A DNA stretch of 63,469 nt. It comes from Kiritimatiellia bacterium. Its GTDB lineage: Bacteria; Verrucomicrobiota; Kiritimatiellia; RFP12; JAAYLN01. The notes under the pieces were generated by a model. The model had not been told where the DNA came from and ran no database searches. It worked only from the letters and a program-made list of their open reading frames with translations. Below are positions 62,901 to 63,469 of the stretch, piece after piece; the first letter of the stretch is position 1, and each line of letters opens with the position of its first letter. The position numbers and the translations under genes are program-made. The stretch spans positions 1 through 63,469 of the forward strand of contig JAFWPM010000057.1 of assembly GCA_017509565.1 (NCBI GenBank), written 5' to 3'.

Positions 62901-63111
62901 GGCCAAACGCTACGCCTGGACGCGCAACGGCGAAACGCTCGTCGAAACCGGCGACACGCTCGACGTCGCATGGACTAACGGTGGCTACGACGCCGCCGAC
63001 ACCTACACAGTGACGCCCATCTACGACGTCTTCGGCGAGGAAACGCCTGGTGGCGTTTGCGCGTTCACCGTCAACCGCGTGGCCCCGGCCTTCATGATGA
63101 TTGTGCGGTAG
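59914..63111 (+). CDS. Secreted LamG/jelly-roll-type multi-module protein, 1066 aa
   Basis: AAGGGAG RBS upstream. Signal peptide MNVTRRFFNGAAALGAAVALATGTCFA. N-terminal LLLQLDGIRNVG...W.DL LamG-like signature. Three further modules end in RIYGxxxYxxGxLVRDYVPxV. Ends in AFMMIVR. The track start at 59860 was rejected. Confidence 0.75.
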   Translation: MNVTRRFFNGAAALGAAVALATGTCFAGLLYEPSNYAARDALLLQLDGIRNVGMLKAHDNASATWVDLATGNSVSFGNATGNGVVSEWADDGYVFGGGEIGRLADAVTLGNAFTIQLVFDVDKSAQTANYPFFFDCGGDNCGFYTYKGDNNQLIFRVKAVSGVSDVSIKPWTGRHYYATALYDQGKSSVFETETGTVTAGTTTTSVGARSFTVGGRWTGTATDTARYLNGTIKAVRIYDKVLSTSELSQNRELDDARFFNGIPVTNVVIETAVEGLEGNEPTGVYAYDEAGYTFSAPKKATLGGQNYVCTGYTREIWDGANWGAAATFTATSCVLKDTSDKVRITWQWREDDTVAPAGEAYIEGDGSAFVNTGVVPAPDLRVEVDYALTSIVNDTKLFGAYTGSGQNAEYYVNTSGGYSFHVGQGWVGGTYLAMPDLNRHTVVMDIPEGEVRYVTGAETVATVAMKAKPGLAAAGIVPIGLFGRISNASGAVKEGNSATLRIYGAKFYKGGALVKNLVPCVKGGVAGFRDTMSGAFHSAEFNVASLTAGGDVERIPDDGFIELAGNDQTLADGAKGGHFFDTGYTPGPNTRIEFDYALAANRSGSGDWFLLQAGNSTETVALYQNANAMGACLGTAMWKGVGLPSQANAALVRRTAIFDSQNKAVTMMTAGYANYANTNDVFTAFSANAASSIVLGATAGKGGGYTPLRIYGLRIYESGSLVRDYVPYVKNGAPGMKYGDTFVRLYWDAANGKNGFPVAGGDVTVSSDRDKDAYALFSGAQRVDTGYVPNGKTRLVVDFAFANGYNKPQQELFDAGSGLFCRLYTQDSSGVNGKYSIIFNKGWTVAHSGIPVDHQRRLVVFDGPNATMTMTPGATDGSTYSSSSVSASGATSANTLVFGSLAVPDVNNGYMYAKARLYRLTIYDDGQKVRDYVPVVVDGVAGLYDLVHPENEPLTADGLTVSGLGHDGTEEWIATPAAETTLTRDESATFTARAVGAKRYAWTRNGETLVETGDTLDVAWTNGGYDAADTYTVTPIYDVFGEETPGGVCAFTVNRVAPAFMMIVR

Positions 63112-63145
63112 CGGTAAGACCGCGAGTCTTGGTATCCGCGGGAAA

Positions 63146-63173
63146 CTCTCCGGGCGCGCCCGGAGAGTTTTTT
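63146..63173 (+). terminator. Rho-independent terminator
   Basis: CTCTCCGGGCGCGCCCGGAGAG hairpin followed by TTTTTT, 35 nt after the stop at 63111. Confidence 0.85.
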
Positions 63174-63186
63174 GCGCAAAAGTGGC

Positions 63187-63216
63187 TTGACAGAACTTGG
63201 TTTAAAAAGTTATAAT
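63187..63216 (+). promoter_or_regulatory. Near-consensus sigma70-type promoter TTGACA-18 nt-TATAAT
   Basis: -35 at 63187-63192 and -10 at 63211-63216, about 50 nt upstream of ATG 63269. Confidence 0.55.
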
Positions 63217-63268
63217 TGTTCAACTTTCATGAACGGACTTGGAGGGATGAGGAATGAGGAGGATTAGT

Positions 63269-63469
63269 ATGGAGAATTGCGCAAATGAACAAACCCGGAT
63301 AGGGGGGGGGGTATATTCCCTTCTAGCGGCGGCGGTTTTCACGGCCGGCACCAGTTTTGCCGGACTGCTCTATGAGCCGTCCAACTACGCCGCGCGCGGC
63401 AACCTGCTTCTCCAGCTTGACGGCATCCGCAACGTCGGCATGACGAAGGCCCACGACAGCAATGCGGCG
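63269..63469 (+). CDS. 3'-partial paralogue of the LamG-type secreted protein
   Basis: GGAGG lies 8 nt upstream of ATG 63269. Hand translation gives MENCANEQTRIGGGVYSLLAAAVFTAGTSFAGLLYEPSNYAARGNLLLQLDGIRNVGMTKAHDSNAA, which matches residues 27-64 of the 59914 product. Runs off the window end. Confidence 0.7.
   Translation, partial: MENCANEQTRIGGGVYSLLAAAVFTAGTSFAGLLYEPSNYAARGNLLLQLDGIRNVGMTKAHDSNAA
63302..63311 (+). repeat. Homopolymeric G10 tract inside the signal-peptide coding region
   Basis: Counted directly: a at 63301, then ten g at 63302-63311. The tract encodes the GGG of ...RIGGGVY... in the current in-frame state. Confidence 0.95.

Overview
GC-rich bacterial chromosomal segment with strong GC3 bias, so many long alternate-frame and antisense ORFs in the track are artefacts. 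It mixes housekeeping operons with accessory genes for secreted glycan-active and surface proteins.

Housekeeping content:
- A minus-strand aromatic amino-acid operon, aroF-pheA-tyrA-aroKB-aroDE, containing two gene fusions.
- argS, an RpiB-SHMT fusion, dus, AddAB-type helicase-nucleases, pyrC-pyrK, a two-gene SufC/SufB-like pair, and rubredoxin (missing from the ORF track).

Accessory content:
- A 5'-partial giant beta-helix-like repeat protein.
- A RayT-like HUH transposase flanked by REP-type hairpin pairs.
- A STAS plus sensor-PP2C-RsbW partner-switching pair.
- Two XylR/AraC regulators next to large secreted proteins: two GH5 paralogues, a GH-like/SGNH esterase chimera and proteins built from LamG-like repeat modules. 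A GH28 gene lies elsewhere.

Most interesting signals seen directly in the sequence:
1. A 22-codon Tyr/Phe-rich leader ORF plus terminator in front of aroF, a likely ribosome-mediated attenuator.
2. A G10 tract inside the signal-peptide codons of a surface-protein paralogue, a candidate phase-variation switch.
3. REP hairpin pairs flanking the RayT-like gene.
4. A 47-bp tandem repeat carrying a hairpin and TTGACA boxes upstream of a LamG-type gene.
5. A 927-bp in-frame tandem duplication.
6. An AT-rich interspersed repeat abutting gene 3' ends.
7. A pyrC-pyrK-B12-radical-SAM-methyltransferase operon with no adjacent pyrD.
8. Short hydrophobic C-terminal tails shared by the large secreted proteins.

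No rRNA, tRNA or CRISPR array was recognised. Taxonomy is a low-confidence guess: PVC-like (Lentisphaerota, Kiritimatiellota or Verrucomicrobiota), based on the fused aroDE and the protein families present.
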